Below are positions 18,684 through 28,350 of a stretch of 64,000 nt of DNA, one piece after another; the first letter of the stretch is position 1; each line of letters opens with the position of its first letter. The DNA is from Clostridia bacterium (GTDB lineage: Bacteria > Bacillota > Clostridia > JAAYHZ01). The stretch is taken from NCBI GenBank assembly GCA_050950825.1, contig JBMNIH010000006.1:192001-256000 (forward strand), given 5' to 3'. The position numbers and the translations under genes were made by a program. The notes below the pieces were generated by a model that was not told the origin of the DNA, made no database searches, and was given only the letters and a program-made list of their open reading frames with translations.

Positions 18684-19781
18684 ATGGAGTTTGTAAAACG
18701 GCACAAATATACCCTCATTGACATCGGTTTTTTCTTGGCAGTATTATTGCCTTTTTGGCTGATAAGAAAAAATATCGCAGCCGTCATCGGACCTTTTGCC
18801 GCATCCTTTGTCCTCGCTTACATCGTTGACCCCGTCGTTTTGTTTTTCGAAAGAAAGATGAGTCGTACATTATCCGTTGTCCTTTCGTTTGTCTTTCTTT
18901 TCGGTCTTTTGTCCGGAATTTTTGTTTTATTCGTACCCGGTTTGGTAAAAGAAATCGGCGATTTTGCCCAAGTACTTCCCGGAATTATTGACAAAATCCA
19001 TAGCTTCTTTGCCGTTCTTCAACCGGATTCCTTTCCCTATCCTTTGGACCGGGTTTTTGGCTACATCAATTGGGATAAAGAATGGGCGAACCTTTCGGAG
19101 AAAGTAATAAAAGCCGTATCCTCACTTGCTTCAACCCTCCTTTCAAGAACCGGCAAGCTGTTTAACATCATCATGATTCCCGTCATCACCTTCTATTTTC
19201 TGAAGGACAAGGACCGGTTCTTAAATTTTTTCAAAAATTTGATTCCGGTAAACCGTAAGGAAAAAGCCAAGGTATTCGTCCGTGACATGAACGATGTTTT
19301 AGGAGGCTTTATTAAAGGACAGCTGATCATCGCTTCTTTCGTGGGAATCTTAACGGCAGCAGGATGTATCGTAATCGGTCTTCCCTATTCTTTGACATGC
19401 GGTCTTCTGGCGGGGCTTTTTGACATCATTCCCTACTTCGGACCGTGGTTAGGAGGAATTTTACCGGTCTGTTTGGCTTTGATTACCGACCCTGTGAAAG
19501 CCTTATGGACGGTGATTTGGATCGCGGTTATACAGTTTATCGAGTCTAATTTCTTGTCTCCTCTTATCATGTCCCGTCATGTCGGATTGCATCCCGTTGC
19601 GGTCATGTTCTCCGTTCTTTTGTTCGGCAATTTGCTGGGAATCCTCGGTATGGTTTTAGGAGTGCCCATTGCGGGCGTAATAAAGGTCTTGATCATTCAT
19701 ATCGGAGAATACAGGAAAGAAAGGACGCAAGAAAAGAAAAAAGACGTTAAAAAAGCCGCTTCAAAATCAACCGTTGTTTGA
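18684..19781 (+). CDS. AI-2E family transporter
   Basis: Multi-TM; PFAASFVLAYIVDPVV, IIPYFGPWLG, QFIESNFLSPLIM, GLHPV. Confidence 0.92.
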   Translation: MEFVKRHKYTLIDIGFFLAVLLPFWLIRKNIAAVIGPFAASFVLAYIVDPVVLFFERKMSRTLSVVLSFVFLFGLLSGIFVLFVPGLVKEIGDFAQVLPGIIDKIHSFFAVLQPDSFPYPLDRVFGYINWDKEWANLSEKVIKAVSSLASTLLSRTGKLFNIIMIPVITFYFLKDKDRFLNFFKNLIPVNRKEKAKVFVRDMNDVLGGFIKGQLIIASFVGILTAAGCIVIGLPYSLTCGLLAGLFDIIPYFGPWLGGILPVCLALITDPVKALWTVIWIAVIQFIESNFLSPLIMSRHVGLHPVAVMFSVLLFGNLLGILGMVLGVPIAGVIKVLIIHIGEYRKERTQEKKKDVKKAASKSTVV

Positions 19782-19792
19782 AGCGACTTTTT
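19751..19792. terminator. Bidirectional terminator
   Basis: AAAAGCCGCTTCAAA...TTTGAAGCGACTTTTT between convergent genes. Confidence 0.65.
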
Positions 19793-19816
19793 CTTATCCT
19801 AAATATCTTTCACTTT

Positions 19817-20401
19817 TTAGGCGTTGTAGCCTAACTCAAAAGCCTTTATATTCATATCACGAAATCTTTCCGGTACGTTATCCTTAACGGCTTGAATCCA
19901 AACGTCTTTATCGATGCCGGAGGATTTGGCCAAAACTCCGATCAACACCACGTTCACCGCTTTTACCGTTCCCGCTTCTTTTGCCAAAGACAAAGCGTCC
20001 ACGGGAATCAGTCGGATATCCTCGCTTTTAGACAATTGTTCAACCGTTTCGGACGGATATTTTTTCGCTCCCGTAACCACGGGCATGGGATCGATTCTTT
20101 GGGTATTTACGATCAACGTTCCGCCTTTTTTGCAGAAGCTCGCCCAACGCATGGCTTCCAGCTCTTCAAAGGCCAATACGATGTCCGCTTCTCCCGGCGA
20201 GATAATGGGAGAATGAACCTTATCTCCGTAACGAACATAGGTAACGACACTACCGCCTCTTTGGGCCATCCCGTGAACCTCGGACATTTTCACGTCGTAG
20301 CCTTGGGTAACGGCGACGCTTCCTAATATTTTGCTTGCCAAGAGGGTCCCTTGGCCTCCTACGCCTACGATCATAATAGATGTTACGGCCATGTCATTCA
20401 C
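19817..20401 (-). CDS. iorB: Indolepyruvate:ferredoxin oxidoreductase beta subunit
   Basis: GVGGQGTLLAS, SEVHGMAQRGGSV. Confidence 0.93.
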   Translation of the reverse strand: MNDMAVTSIMIVGVGGQGTLLASKILGSVAVTQGYDVKMSEVHGMAQRGGSVVTYVRYGDKVHSPIISPGEADIVLAFEELEAMRWASFCKKGGTLIVNTQRIDPMPVVTGAKKYPSETVEQLSKSEDIRLIPVDALSLAKEAGTVKAVNVVLIGVLAKSSGIDKDVWIQAVKDNVPERFRDMNIKAFELGYNA

Positions 20402-22133
20402 CTACCTTTTTCATCGCGTTGAATTTGCAAACCTTCAGGCATAAGCCGCAGCCGTTGCATTGTGTATGGTCGATTGTGATTTTTCCGTCCTTGCATCCGA
20501 TGGCGGGACAACCGATTCTCATGCACATTTTGCATCCCGTACACACATCTTGATCCACGACCACTTTACCGGTATAACGAACCGACTTCAACAAAGCGCA
20601 GGGACGTTGGGAAATGATCACCGAAGGCTCTTCCGCTGCAAGCTCTTCTTTGATCGTCTTTTCCATTTCGGCGATATCAAAAGGATCCACAACCTTCACT
20701 CTATCCACCCCGATGGCTTTGCAAAGTTGAACAAGATCCACTTGCTTGGTAGGCTCGTTCTTAATGGTAAAGCCGGTAGAGGGGTTATGCTGGTGTCCCG
20801 TCATACCGGTAATGGAATTATCCAGTATGATAACGGTGGATGTCCCCTTGTTATACACCACGTCAATCAATCCGGTGATTCCGGAGTGTATAAAGGTGGA
20901 ATCTCCGATTACGGCAACCAATTTTCGAGCAAAATCCTTTCCTCTTGCCTTCTCCATCCCTAATGCCATTCCGATGCTTGCTCCCATACAAACACAAGCG
21001 TCCATGGAATCCAAAGGAGGCAACGCTCCTAAGGTATAGCAGCCGATATCGCCGGAAACCGTCAAGCGAAGCTTTTTCAATACATAGAAAAGACCTCTGT
21101 GAGGACATCCGGGACACATAACCGGGGGACGTCCGGGCAACTCCTCTTTCAACGATATGTCTGCCGTTTCCGTCTTCTTACCTAAAATGGCTTCCGCTAT
21201 CTTTTCCGCGCTGTACTCGCCTAATACGGAGAACCGTTCTTTTCCGATTGCTTTGATTCCCAAAGATTGAACAAAGGTTTCAATAAAAGGATCCAATTCT
21301 TCGATGATATAAAGCTCATTCACGCTCTTGGCAAACTCCGCTATTTTTTTAGGCGGAAGAGGATAAATCATACCTAATTTCAAAAAGGAAGCGTTCGGCA
21401 GGGCTTCTTTTGCATATTGGTAGCAAATCCCGCTGCAAATGATACCGATTTTCGTATCGTTCATTTCGACAACGTTCAATTCGCTGCTTTCGGCATACTC
21501 CTGCAAAGCCTTCTGTCTTTCTTCCACGACTACGTGACGCATTCTTGCCATTCCCGGCATCATCACGTATTTGCCGCAATCCTTTGTATACTCCTTCAAA
21601 GGCGCTTCCTTACGATCACAAATTTCCACCAAGCTTCTCGAGTGGGAAACTCTCGTATGTAAACGGATCATAACGGGAACGTCGAATTTTTCGGACAGTT
21701 CATAAGCCAATACCGTAAAATCCTTGGCTTCTTGGCTGTCGGAAGGCTCTAACATGGGTACTTTTGCGGCACGGGCATAATGCCTGCTGTCTTGTTCGTT
21801 CTGCGAACTGTGCATTCCGGGGTCGTCCGCTACGGCAACCACCATGCCTCCGTTAATGCCGGTGTAGGAGGCGGTAAACAAAGGGTCGGCGCTGACGTTC
21901 AACCCTACATGCTTCATGGCCGTAAAGGAACGGGCTCCGGCAATGGCAGCACCTATAGCCACTTCCATGGCCACTTTTTCGTTGGGTGCCCATTCGCTGT
22001 ATATCTCGTCGTATTTTGCTATGGTTTCGGTAATTTCGGTGCTGGGTGTACCGGGATATGCCGACGCAACCCTTACGCCCGCTTCGTATACGCCTCTGGC
22101 AACACCTTCGTTACCGAGCATTATCTCTTTCAT
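20394..22133 (-). CDS. iorA: Indolepyruvate:ferredoxin oxidoreductase alpha subunit
   Basis: LGNEGVARG, YPGTPSTE, CPGCPHR, GDIGCYTL, GDSTF, C-terminal 2x[4Fe-4S] motifs. Start MKEIM after GAGGAG. Confidence 0.94.
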   Translation of the reverse strand: MKEIMLGNEGVARGVYEAGVRVASAYPGTPSTEITETIAKYDEIYSEWAPNEKVAMEVAIGAAIAGARSFTAMKHVGLNVSADPLFTASYTGINGGMVVAVADDPGMHSSQNEQDSRHYARAAKVPMLEPSDSQEAKDFTVLAYELSEKFDVPVMIRLHTRVSHSRSLVEICDRKEAPLKEYTKDCGKYVMMPGMARMRHVVVEERQKALQEYAESSELNVVEMNDTKIGIICSGICYQYAKEALPNASFLKLGMIYPLPPKKIAEFAKSVNELYIIEELDPFIETFVQSLGIKAIGKERFSVLGEYSAEKIAEAILGKKTETADISLKEELPGRPPVMCPGCPHRGLFYVLKKLRLTVSGDIGCYTLGALPPLDSMDACVCMGASIGMALGMEKARGKDFARKLVAVIGDSTFIHSGITGLIDVVYNKGTSTVIILDNSITGMTGHQHNPSTGFTIKNEPTKQVDLVQLCKAIGVDRVKVVDPFDIAEMEKTIKEELAAEEPSVIISQRPCALLKSVRYTGKVVVDQDVCTGCKMCMRIGCPAIGCKDGKITIDHTQCNGCGLCLKVCKFNAMKKVGE

Positions 22134-22245
22134 ATTATCAACTCCTCGGTATAGTATACAAAAAAAATCGGTTGGGAACAAGTCCCTTTATTTACCGATC
22201 TTTTTTGCATTCATTCTGTTTGTTTATTTAAATTGATTACCATAC

Positions 22246-23733
22246 TTATTTCGTTTCCGCAGCAGGTACCGCTTCGATAACTCCTTTTGCCACGGCAACA
22301 CGGTCCGTTACGGGCATAACGATCAAGGAAAGAATCATGGCCAATGAGCCTGCATTCGGAGCTGCGCTTAAAAAGCGAACGACGCCGCCCGGATTACTGC
22401 CGGATAACAAAGGCAGAAGAACAACGCAGATTACCATTACCGAAAGCCCCGTAATCATCGAGGCCCAAGCACCGGCAGCAGTGGCCTTCTTGTTCCATAA
22501 GCCGTATAAGAAGGGGGCGATGAAACTTCCCGCCAATGCTCCCCAGGACAAGGACATTAAGGTGACGATGGCGCTGGGATTCGATACGGAAATGATAAAG
22601 GAAGCCGCCACGAAAAGTACGCAAATGATGCGCATTAAGTTCACTTCGAACTTTTTGGACATGTTCTTGTAGATTACGCCTTTGCCAAGATCAATGGTTA
22701 TGGCCGAACCGGATACCAATACCAAGGAAGCCAAGGTGGACATGGACGCCGACAGCACCAATACGGTTATGAGTCCTAAAAACAAGTCCGGTGCAGCCGA
22801 TTGTGTCAGCATCATCGGAACGATTTTATCGAAGTTTCCGTCCGGTACCGTATTAAAGAACAAGGGACCGAAGGTACCGGTTCCGTATGCACTTACACCG
22901 ATCACCAAAGCAAAAATCGTGGATATGATTCGGCCTCTTCGGATGGCTCCCTTGCCGTCCTTTATGGCGTAGAATTTATGAACCATTTGAGGCAAGCCCC
23001 AAGTTCCTAAGCTTGTTAATATAATCAGTCCCAACAAGGATGCGGGATTCGGTCCTACTAAGGAAGCCTTGGCGCTTTCGATTTGTGCCAAAGAACGGTA
23101 TGCATTTGTTATACCGCCTACTTGCGGGCTGTTGACCACATAGACAACCATGATCACGGCTCCCGCCAGCATGATAATTCCTTGTATAAAATCATTCAAT
23201 GCCGATGCTACGTAACCGCCTAGCATGATGTAAAGTCCGGTCAATAGCGCCATTCCCAAGGTACAGTAAATAAAGGGAATATTGAATACACTTTCAAACA
23301 GGTAGCCTAAGCCTTTGTAAACCGATGCGGAATAAGGAACCAAGAAGATAAAGATCATTAATGCGGAAAACATCTTCATGTTTTTGCTGTTGTATCGCTT
23401 CTCAAAGAATTCCGGCATGGTTTTCGCTTCCAACCGGCGTGTCATATCGCGGGCTTTCTTTCCTAAAACCGCCCAAGCAAGATATGTACCGATCAATGCG
23501 TTAAAGATTCCGATCCATACCGCCGAAAATCCCATTTCCCAGCCGATTTTTCCGGCATAGCCTATAAAAATAACTGCAGAAAAATACGAAGCGCCGTACG
23601 AAAATGCGCTTATCCAAGGTCCGATATTCCTGCCGCCTAAAAAGAAATCATCGATGTTTTTGACCTTTTTCCTGGATATGATGCCGATTGCAGCCATGAG
23701 TGCAATAAAGGCAAATAGAAAAACATACTTCAT
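22246..23733 (-). CDS. Sodium:solute symporter family protein
   Basis: DFFLGGR, WGLPQMVHKFY, SASMST; about 13 TMs. Confidence 0.92.
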   Translation of the reverse strand: MKYVFLFAFIALMAAIGIISRKKVKNIDDFFLGGRNIGPWISAFSYGASYFSAVIFIGYAGKIGWEMGFSAVWIGIFNALIGTYLAWAVLGKKARDMTRRLEAKTMPEFFEKRYNSKNMKMFSALMIFIFLVPYSASVYKGLGYLFESVFNIPFIYCTLGMALLTGLYIMLGGYVASALNDFIQGIIMLAGAVIMVVYVVNSPQVGGITNAYRSLAQIESAKASLVGPNPASLLGLIILTSLGTWGLPQMVHKFYAIKDGKGAIRRGRIISTIFALVIGVSAYGTGTFGPLFFNTVPDGNFDKIVPMMLTQSAAPDLFLGLITVLVLSASMSTLASLVLVSGSAITIDLGKGVIYKNMSKKFEVNLMRIICVLFVAASFIISVSNPSAIVTLMSLSWGALAGSFIAPFLYGLWNKKATAAGAWASMITGLSVMVICVVLLPLLSGSNPGGVVRFLSAAPNAGSLAMILSLIVMPVTDRVAVAKGVIEAVPAAETK

Positions 23734-23892
23734 CCGTTCTACCGTCCTTCCGTTTAATTAGAATAAAAATCCTACCGTCCTAACTCGACAATCCGCTCTC
23801 GCAATTGTCATTTACCAAAATATTTTACCTTTTGTTTGCCTTTTAGTAAATACAAAAAAAGCAAGTTCGTTTCATTTGTTACGAAAGTCTTT

Positions 23893-25056
23893 TTATTCCA
23901 ACCGGAATAAAAAGACGCCGTTGTCCGCCGTTAACAAGATTTTTAAATCGTCGGATACGAACAATCCGTCCACTCTTCCCGGCAGCGTTCCGATGAAGGT
24001 GCTGCCTAATTCTTTGTTGTTTATCAATTCAACGGTCTTCGACGTTTGAATATCATAGAGCACCAAGACAAAGTCCTGTCCGCTGTAAACAATGAAAAAG
24101 ATATATCTTCCTCCGGGTGAAAGGATTCCGTTTAACACGTCGTACTTTTTCGGCAAACGGATTTCCTTCAGTTCAAAATCTTCAAAATCCGAATCGAATT
24201 CCGCAATTTTCGGAATGATCTTTTCCATGGCGATTTGGGTTCCCTCCGTAACCAAAGAGGTTTCGAATATTAAAACGCGTCTTCGGTTTTCGGAGTAGTC
24301 CTTGATATATATGCTTCGGAAGGCATCCTTTACATGGGCTACCGTTTGCTTTACCTCCCCGTTTATAAACAGGATCGTATCGGTGCCGTCCGTAGGTGAC
24401 TCTACCGATTCTAAGTACTTTCCTTCCGAAAGCATCAGGATGGAAGCGATGCCCTTGGTTTGGGTTTGGAAAATCATATCGTCTTCCGGACCCTGCCCGT
24501 TTCGAATATAGTGGGTGGTATGATCCGTTTCGCTGTTGTAAACGGAAAATGTAACGTTTTCCCCGGTGGAGTCAAAAGCAGGACTGCAAGCCACGTTTCC
24601 TTCTTCCTCCAAAGGAAGCTCTCCGAAAGAGGACATCACCATTTTCTCGGGGTATATGACATACCCCGGAACTTGGTTCGCAGAACGGGATTCCACGGAG
24701 CTGTTCCATGCGTCGGACAGAACAAAGCAGGATCCGTCTTCGGACCATCTCGCTCTTTTTTGCATCATTTGCCATCGGGGATCAATCGTTAATCTCCCCT
24801 TTTCCAAAGCCGTCTCCGAATCGATAAACACCAGTTTCTTCTGCCCGTCTTCTTTCGTTTCATCCATCAGCGCAACAAAGGTGCTTGCATCCTTCGACAT
24901 ACCCAGAACCATGTTGTATGCCGGGAAGTTGTACATTTTGTATTCCGATTTTAACCTTTTCACATTCGGCTCGTTGAAATCTTTATCGCCGTCGACACAA
25001 GCGGTAAAGGATATAAAAAGTGCGAATATAAAAATCCAAAGAATCGTTTTTCTCAT
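23893..25056 (-). CDS. Putative lipoprotein with beta-propeller-like (TolB-like) repeats
   Basis: MRKTILWIFIFALFISFTAC lipobox; repeats WSEDG, FDSTG, YSENR, LSPGG. Confidence 0.65.
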   Translation of the reverse strand: MRKTILWIFIFALFISFTACVDGDKDFNEPNVKRLKSEYKMYNFPAYNMVLGMSKDASTFVALMDETKEDGQKKLVFIDSETALEKGRLTIDPRWQMMQKRARWSEDGSCFVLSDAWNSSVESRSANQVPGYVIYPEKMVMSSFGELPLEEEGNVACSPAFDSTGENVTFSVYNSETDHTTHYIRNGQGPEDDMIFQTQTKGIASILMLSEGKYLESVESPTDGTDTILFINGEVKQTVAHVKDAFRSIYIKDYSENRRRVLIFETSLVTEGTQIAMEKIIPKIAEFDSDFEDFELKEIRLPKKYDVLNGILSPGGRYIFFIVYSGQDFVLVLYDIQTSKTVELINNKELGSTFIGTLPGRVDGLFVSDDLKILLTADNGVFLFRLE

Positions 25057-25074
25057 TTTTTCACCGTACAACCT

Positions 25075-26718
25075 TTATTCCATCTCCATAATCAATTTTG
25101 TCGAATACTTTTGTATATACCGGTTTAACAAAACATTTATACCGGTCGATACAACAAACAAATACACAGCCGTTATGACCAAGCTCGGTCTAAAAACCAA
25201 CGGAATGACGACAACAACTCCTCCCGCTACCAAAGCGGCCAGCATATTAAGCATGACATTAAAGTTCTGCTTTACCGCCGCTTGTTCGCTGTCCCATGTC
25301 AATTTCGGATTATGCATGTCAATGATAATTCCGGTCATGGAAGTCATCAGAATACCGTTTACCGATAGAATCAAAGCAAGCAGCAAAACGGTCCAAGGTA
25401 CTTTAAAGTACGCTAAGAAGCCTAATATCAAGATCATGGCAAACCAAGACAACCAAAAACCGCTCATGACCTTATGCCGGATTTGCCGTTCGATGGGAAC
25501 GGGCAAATACTTCATAACAAAAAGGTTGCTTCCTTCTCGAGATATGGATGTTGATGTAACGGCGTTTGCTGTTGATAAAAACATGGTAAAAGCGAAGATG
25601 GCCACCAAAAAGAGATTTTCATATTCGGAAGCCATTTGGCTAAGGCTTTCGATGGAGCTTGCCAAATCTCCTTGAGCAACCATAGGAATTATGAAAAATA
25701 TGGGGATTAAAAAATTGCCCATAACACAATTCAAAAAGTAGATGGGCGTGCGTATTAAAAGACGTATTTCTTTTAATACATAGGAGTTCATGATGCTTTT
25801 GCGGTAGACATTTTTGTTAAGACTTTCTACGTCCAACTTTTCACGTTTTGCCGAAGATTCGTTGATACCGATGACTCCCTTGAAATACAAGAGTTTTCCG
25901 AGAGCCATAAATATTAAAAAGATCAAACCGGCAGAAAGGAAAAACAACAGCAAATACAAAAGGCCGCTCCAAGTATTATACTCCGTTAAGGATTTTACCG
26001 CAAAATTGACCCCGGGTATTAAGATGCTAATTTTTTCCATAGTCTGCGTAAGACCGTTTAACATCTCCATAATCATGGTTTCGTCGTAAGTGACCATGGC
26101 AAAACGCTGCATACCGATGCTCACGCCTATCCCTAAGAAAAGAGCAAGAATCCCGGTAATGTACTTAAACTTGTCGCGGTTCCTCGCAAATCCGGTAAAT
26201 CGCATAATAACCAATATGGGCATAGACGCAAGGCTCAACGGGATAATCGGCATAACCAGAAATATAAGGGCGGAATAGAGAGCATATATGGGACCGGCTG
26301 CAATGCCTAACCCGTATCCGATGAGAAACGGCAGCAAAATCACCAGCATGACCAAGTATTCGTAAACCAAGACCGTAACAAACTTGGAAGAAAGAATCTG
26401 CCACGCTTTAAGAGGCAAGGTCAATATGAATTCAATGTCTTTTGAAAAATAAAAGACACCTAAAACATAAAACAAACCGAAAAAGAATATGACAAAGGCT
26501 CCCGATATCAATCCGCTGTGAAGTACCGTGGATTGAGCTCCGATGGGCTGTAAAAACAGCGTCATGGAAAAGGCGCTAAACCCTATTTGAAAGCTAAGCG
26601 GAAGAAAACCGATAACTAGAATCGGTATAAGCCAATAATTATTTTTCTTTTTGCTTGATATGGTCAAACTGTTTCCGCTTCGAAAAAATACTCGTATCAG
26701 TGTCCAAACTTTATCCAT
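25075..26718 (-). CDS. ABC-2 type exporter permease
   Basis: Multi-TM; FSKDIEFILTLPLK, KEIRLLIRTP, SISREG; next to an ABC ATPase. Confidence 0.88.
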   Translation of the reverse strand: MDKVWTLIRVFFRSGNSLTISSKKKNNYWLIPILVIGFLPLSFQIGFSAFSMTLFLQPIGAQSTVLHSGLISGAFVIFFFGLFYVLGVFYFSKDIEFILTLPLKAWQILSSKFVTVLVYEYLVMLVILLPFLIGYGLGIAAGPIYALYSALIFLVMPIIPLSLASMPILVIMRFTGFARNRDKFKYITGILALFLGIGVSIGMQRFAMVTYDETMIMEMLNGLTQTMEKISILIPGVNFAVKSLTEYNTWSGLLYLLLFFLSAGLIFLIFMALGKLLYFKGVIGINESSAKREKLDVESLNKNVYRKSIMNSYVLKEIRLLIRTPIYFLNCVMGNFLIPIFFIIPMVAQGDLASSIESLSQMASEYENLFLVAIFAFTMFLSTANAVTSTSISREGSNLFVMKYLPVPIERQIRHKVMSGFWLSWFAMILILGFLAYFKVPWTVLLLALILSVNGILMTSMTGIIIDMHNPKLTWDSEQAAVKQNFNVMLNMLAALVAGGVVVVIPLVFRPSLVITAVYLFVVSTGINVLLNRYIQKYSTKLIMEME

Positions 26719-26791
26719 TCCTCTAAGGGTTCCGGATATCCGAAAAGAATCCGAACCCTCTCCACCTCCTTTGTACCGCTTCCGAATACCG

Positions 26792-27514
26792 TTAGGCGTT
26801 GGTCATCTCTAAGAACATTTTTTCCAAAGAAGCATCCGTCTTCGCGAATTTTTTCATGTTATCCAATGTACCTGTAAATAGTATTTTACCCTTATTAATA
26901 ACACTGATCATATCGCAGACCTTTTCGGCTACTTCCAATACATGGGTCGAGAAAAATACCACATTCCCTTTATCCGCATGCTCGCGCATCATTTCCTTAA
27001 GTTCAAAAGAAGATTTCGGATCCAACCCGGTCATAGGCTCGTCCAATATCCAAACCTTCGGTTTGTGAATCAAAGCACCCATCAATATGATTTTTTGCCG
27101 CATACCGTGCGAATAACTTTGAATCTGGTCGCCCAAGGCGTTCTGCATGCCGAATCGTTCGGCTAATACTTTGATGTCTTGGCTACGGTCGCTTTTCGGT
27201 ACATCGTACATGTCCGCCATAAAGTTTAAATATTCCAAACCCTTCAGCCGCAAGAATATATTCGGATCGTCCGGAACGAATCCGATTTTCTTTTTGGCCT
27301 CAACGGGGTTTTTAAGAATGTCGGTTCCGTCTACCTCTATGGTTCCTTTATCCGGAAGAATAATTCCGGTAATCAGTTTTATCAATGTGGTTTTACCTGC
27401 ACCGTTCGGTCCTAAAAATCCGAATATGGCTCCATCGGGGATTTCCAACGTGACGGAATCCACCGCTTTTACACCGGAACCGTAAGTTTTTGAAACGTTA
27501 TTAATTCGAATCAT
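26792..27514 (-). CDS. ABC transporter ATP-binding protein
   Basis: GPNGAGKTT, YSHGMRQK, ILDEP. Confidence 0.95.
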   Translation of the reverse strand: MIRINNVSKTYGSGVKAVDSVTLEIPDGAIFGFLGPNGAGKTTLIKLITGIILPDKGTIEVDGTDILKNPVEAKKKIGFVPDDPNIFLRLKGLEYLNFMADMYDVPKSDRSQDIKVLAERFGMQNALGDQIQSYSHGMRQKIILMGALIHKPKVWILDEPMTGLDPKSSFELKEMMREHADKGNVVFFSTHVLEVAEKVCDMISVINKGKILFTGTLDNMKKFAKTDASLEKMFLEMTNA

Positions 27515-27538
27515 ACAAAACCTCTCAAGTTGTAAAAA

Positions 27539-28288
27539 TTATAATATACCGGCAAATTGCAAATACCGGTGTATGATTTCTTGCCCGTACAGCATTGAAA
27601 TCAAAATTCCAATCGCCAAAAAAGGTCCGAAGGGAATTTTGTCTTTTCGTTCTCTCTTTTTCAATAGAATCAAGATCATACCGAGAACACCTGCAATTAA
27701 ACAAGCGATAAAGAATGCAGTCAAAACATTTTTCCAACCTAAAAACAAACCGGCAGCCGCCATCAGCTTGATATCGCCGCCTCCCATGCCGCCCTTCGAT
27801 ACCATTGCAATGAGCAGCATAGGAATGCTGACCGCAAAGAAGCCGATCAGGCTTTCCGTCCATTTCAAGCTCGAGTCTAGCAGGATGTTGAGAACACCTA
27901 ATCCGATTATAAGCAAAACGGCACCGTTGGGTATTTCCTGAGTATCCAAATCGATGAAGGAAATGACCACCAGTACCGAGCATAAAATCATCTTGGGAAT
28001 AACGTGAGCAACCGGTCCGTAGTGAAGATAACAGAGTAAAAATAGCAAGGAATTTAAAAGCTCAACCGAAGGATAGCGAAAAGAAATCTTTTCACCGCAA
28101 TATCGGCATTTTCCTCTTAAAAAAAGAAAACTGAAAATCGGTACCAAATCATAGACTTTCAGCTTGGTATTACACTTTGTACAATGGGAAGGACCGATTA
28201 CAATTGATTCCTTTCTCGGGATACGGTATATGCAAACATTCAAAAAGCTGCCCACAATCAAGCCGATTACCCAAATCAATACTTCCAT
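27539..28288 (-). CDS. pilD: Prepilin peptidase / N-methyltransferase (A24)
   Basis: GSFLNVCIYRIP, SHCTKC...GKCRYC, FIDLD, MGGGDIKL, IPFGPFL. Confidence 0.95.
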   Translation of the reverse strand: MEVLIWVIGLIVGSFLNVCIYRIPRKESIVIGPSHCTKCNTKLKVYDLVPIFSFLFLRGKCRYCGEKISFRYPSVELLNSLLFLLCYLHYGPVAHVIPKMILCSVLVVISFIDLDTQEIPNGAVLLIIGLGVLNILLDSSLKWTESLIGFFAVSIPMLLIAMVSKGGMGGGDIKLMAAAGLFLGWKNVLTAFFIACLIAGVLGMILILLKKRERKDKIPFGPFLAIGILISMLYGQEIIHRYLQFAGIL

Positions 28289-28318
28289 ATATGCTCACTT
28301 TCAAGTTCGTTTTTATAT

Positions 28319-28346
28319 ATTATATCACATTCATCGGTCCTTGCAA
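28319..28346 (-). promoter_or_regulatory. Internal sigma-A-type promoter upstream of pilD
   Basis: Minus strand TTGCAA-16 bp-TATAAT with extended TG. Confidence 0.5.
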
Positions 28347-28350
28347 GGAT

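Noticed and set aside
24566-25675. 369-aa plus-strand ORF
   Set aside because: Antisense shadow of the lipoprotein and permease genes, with no recognisable motifs.
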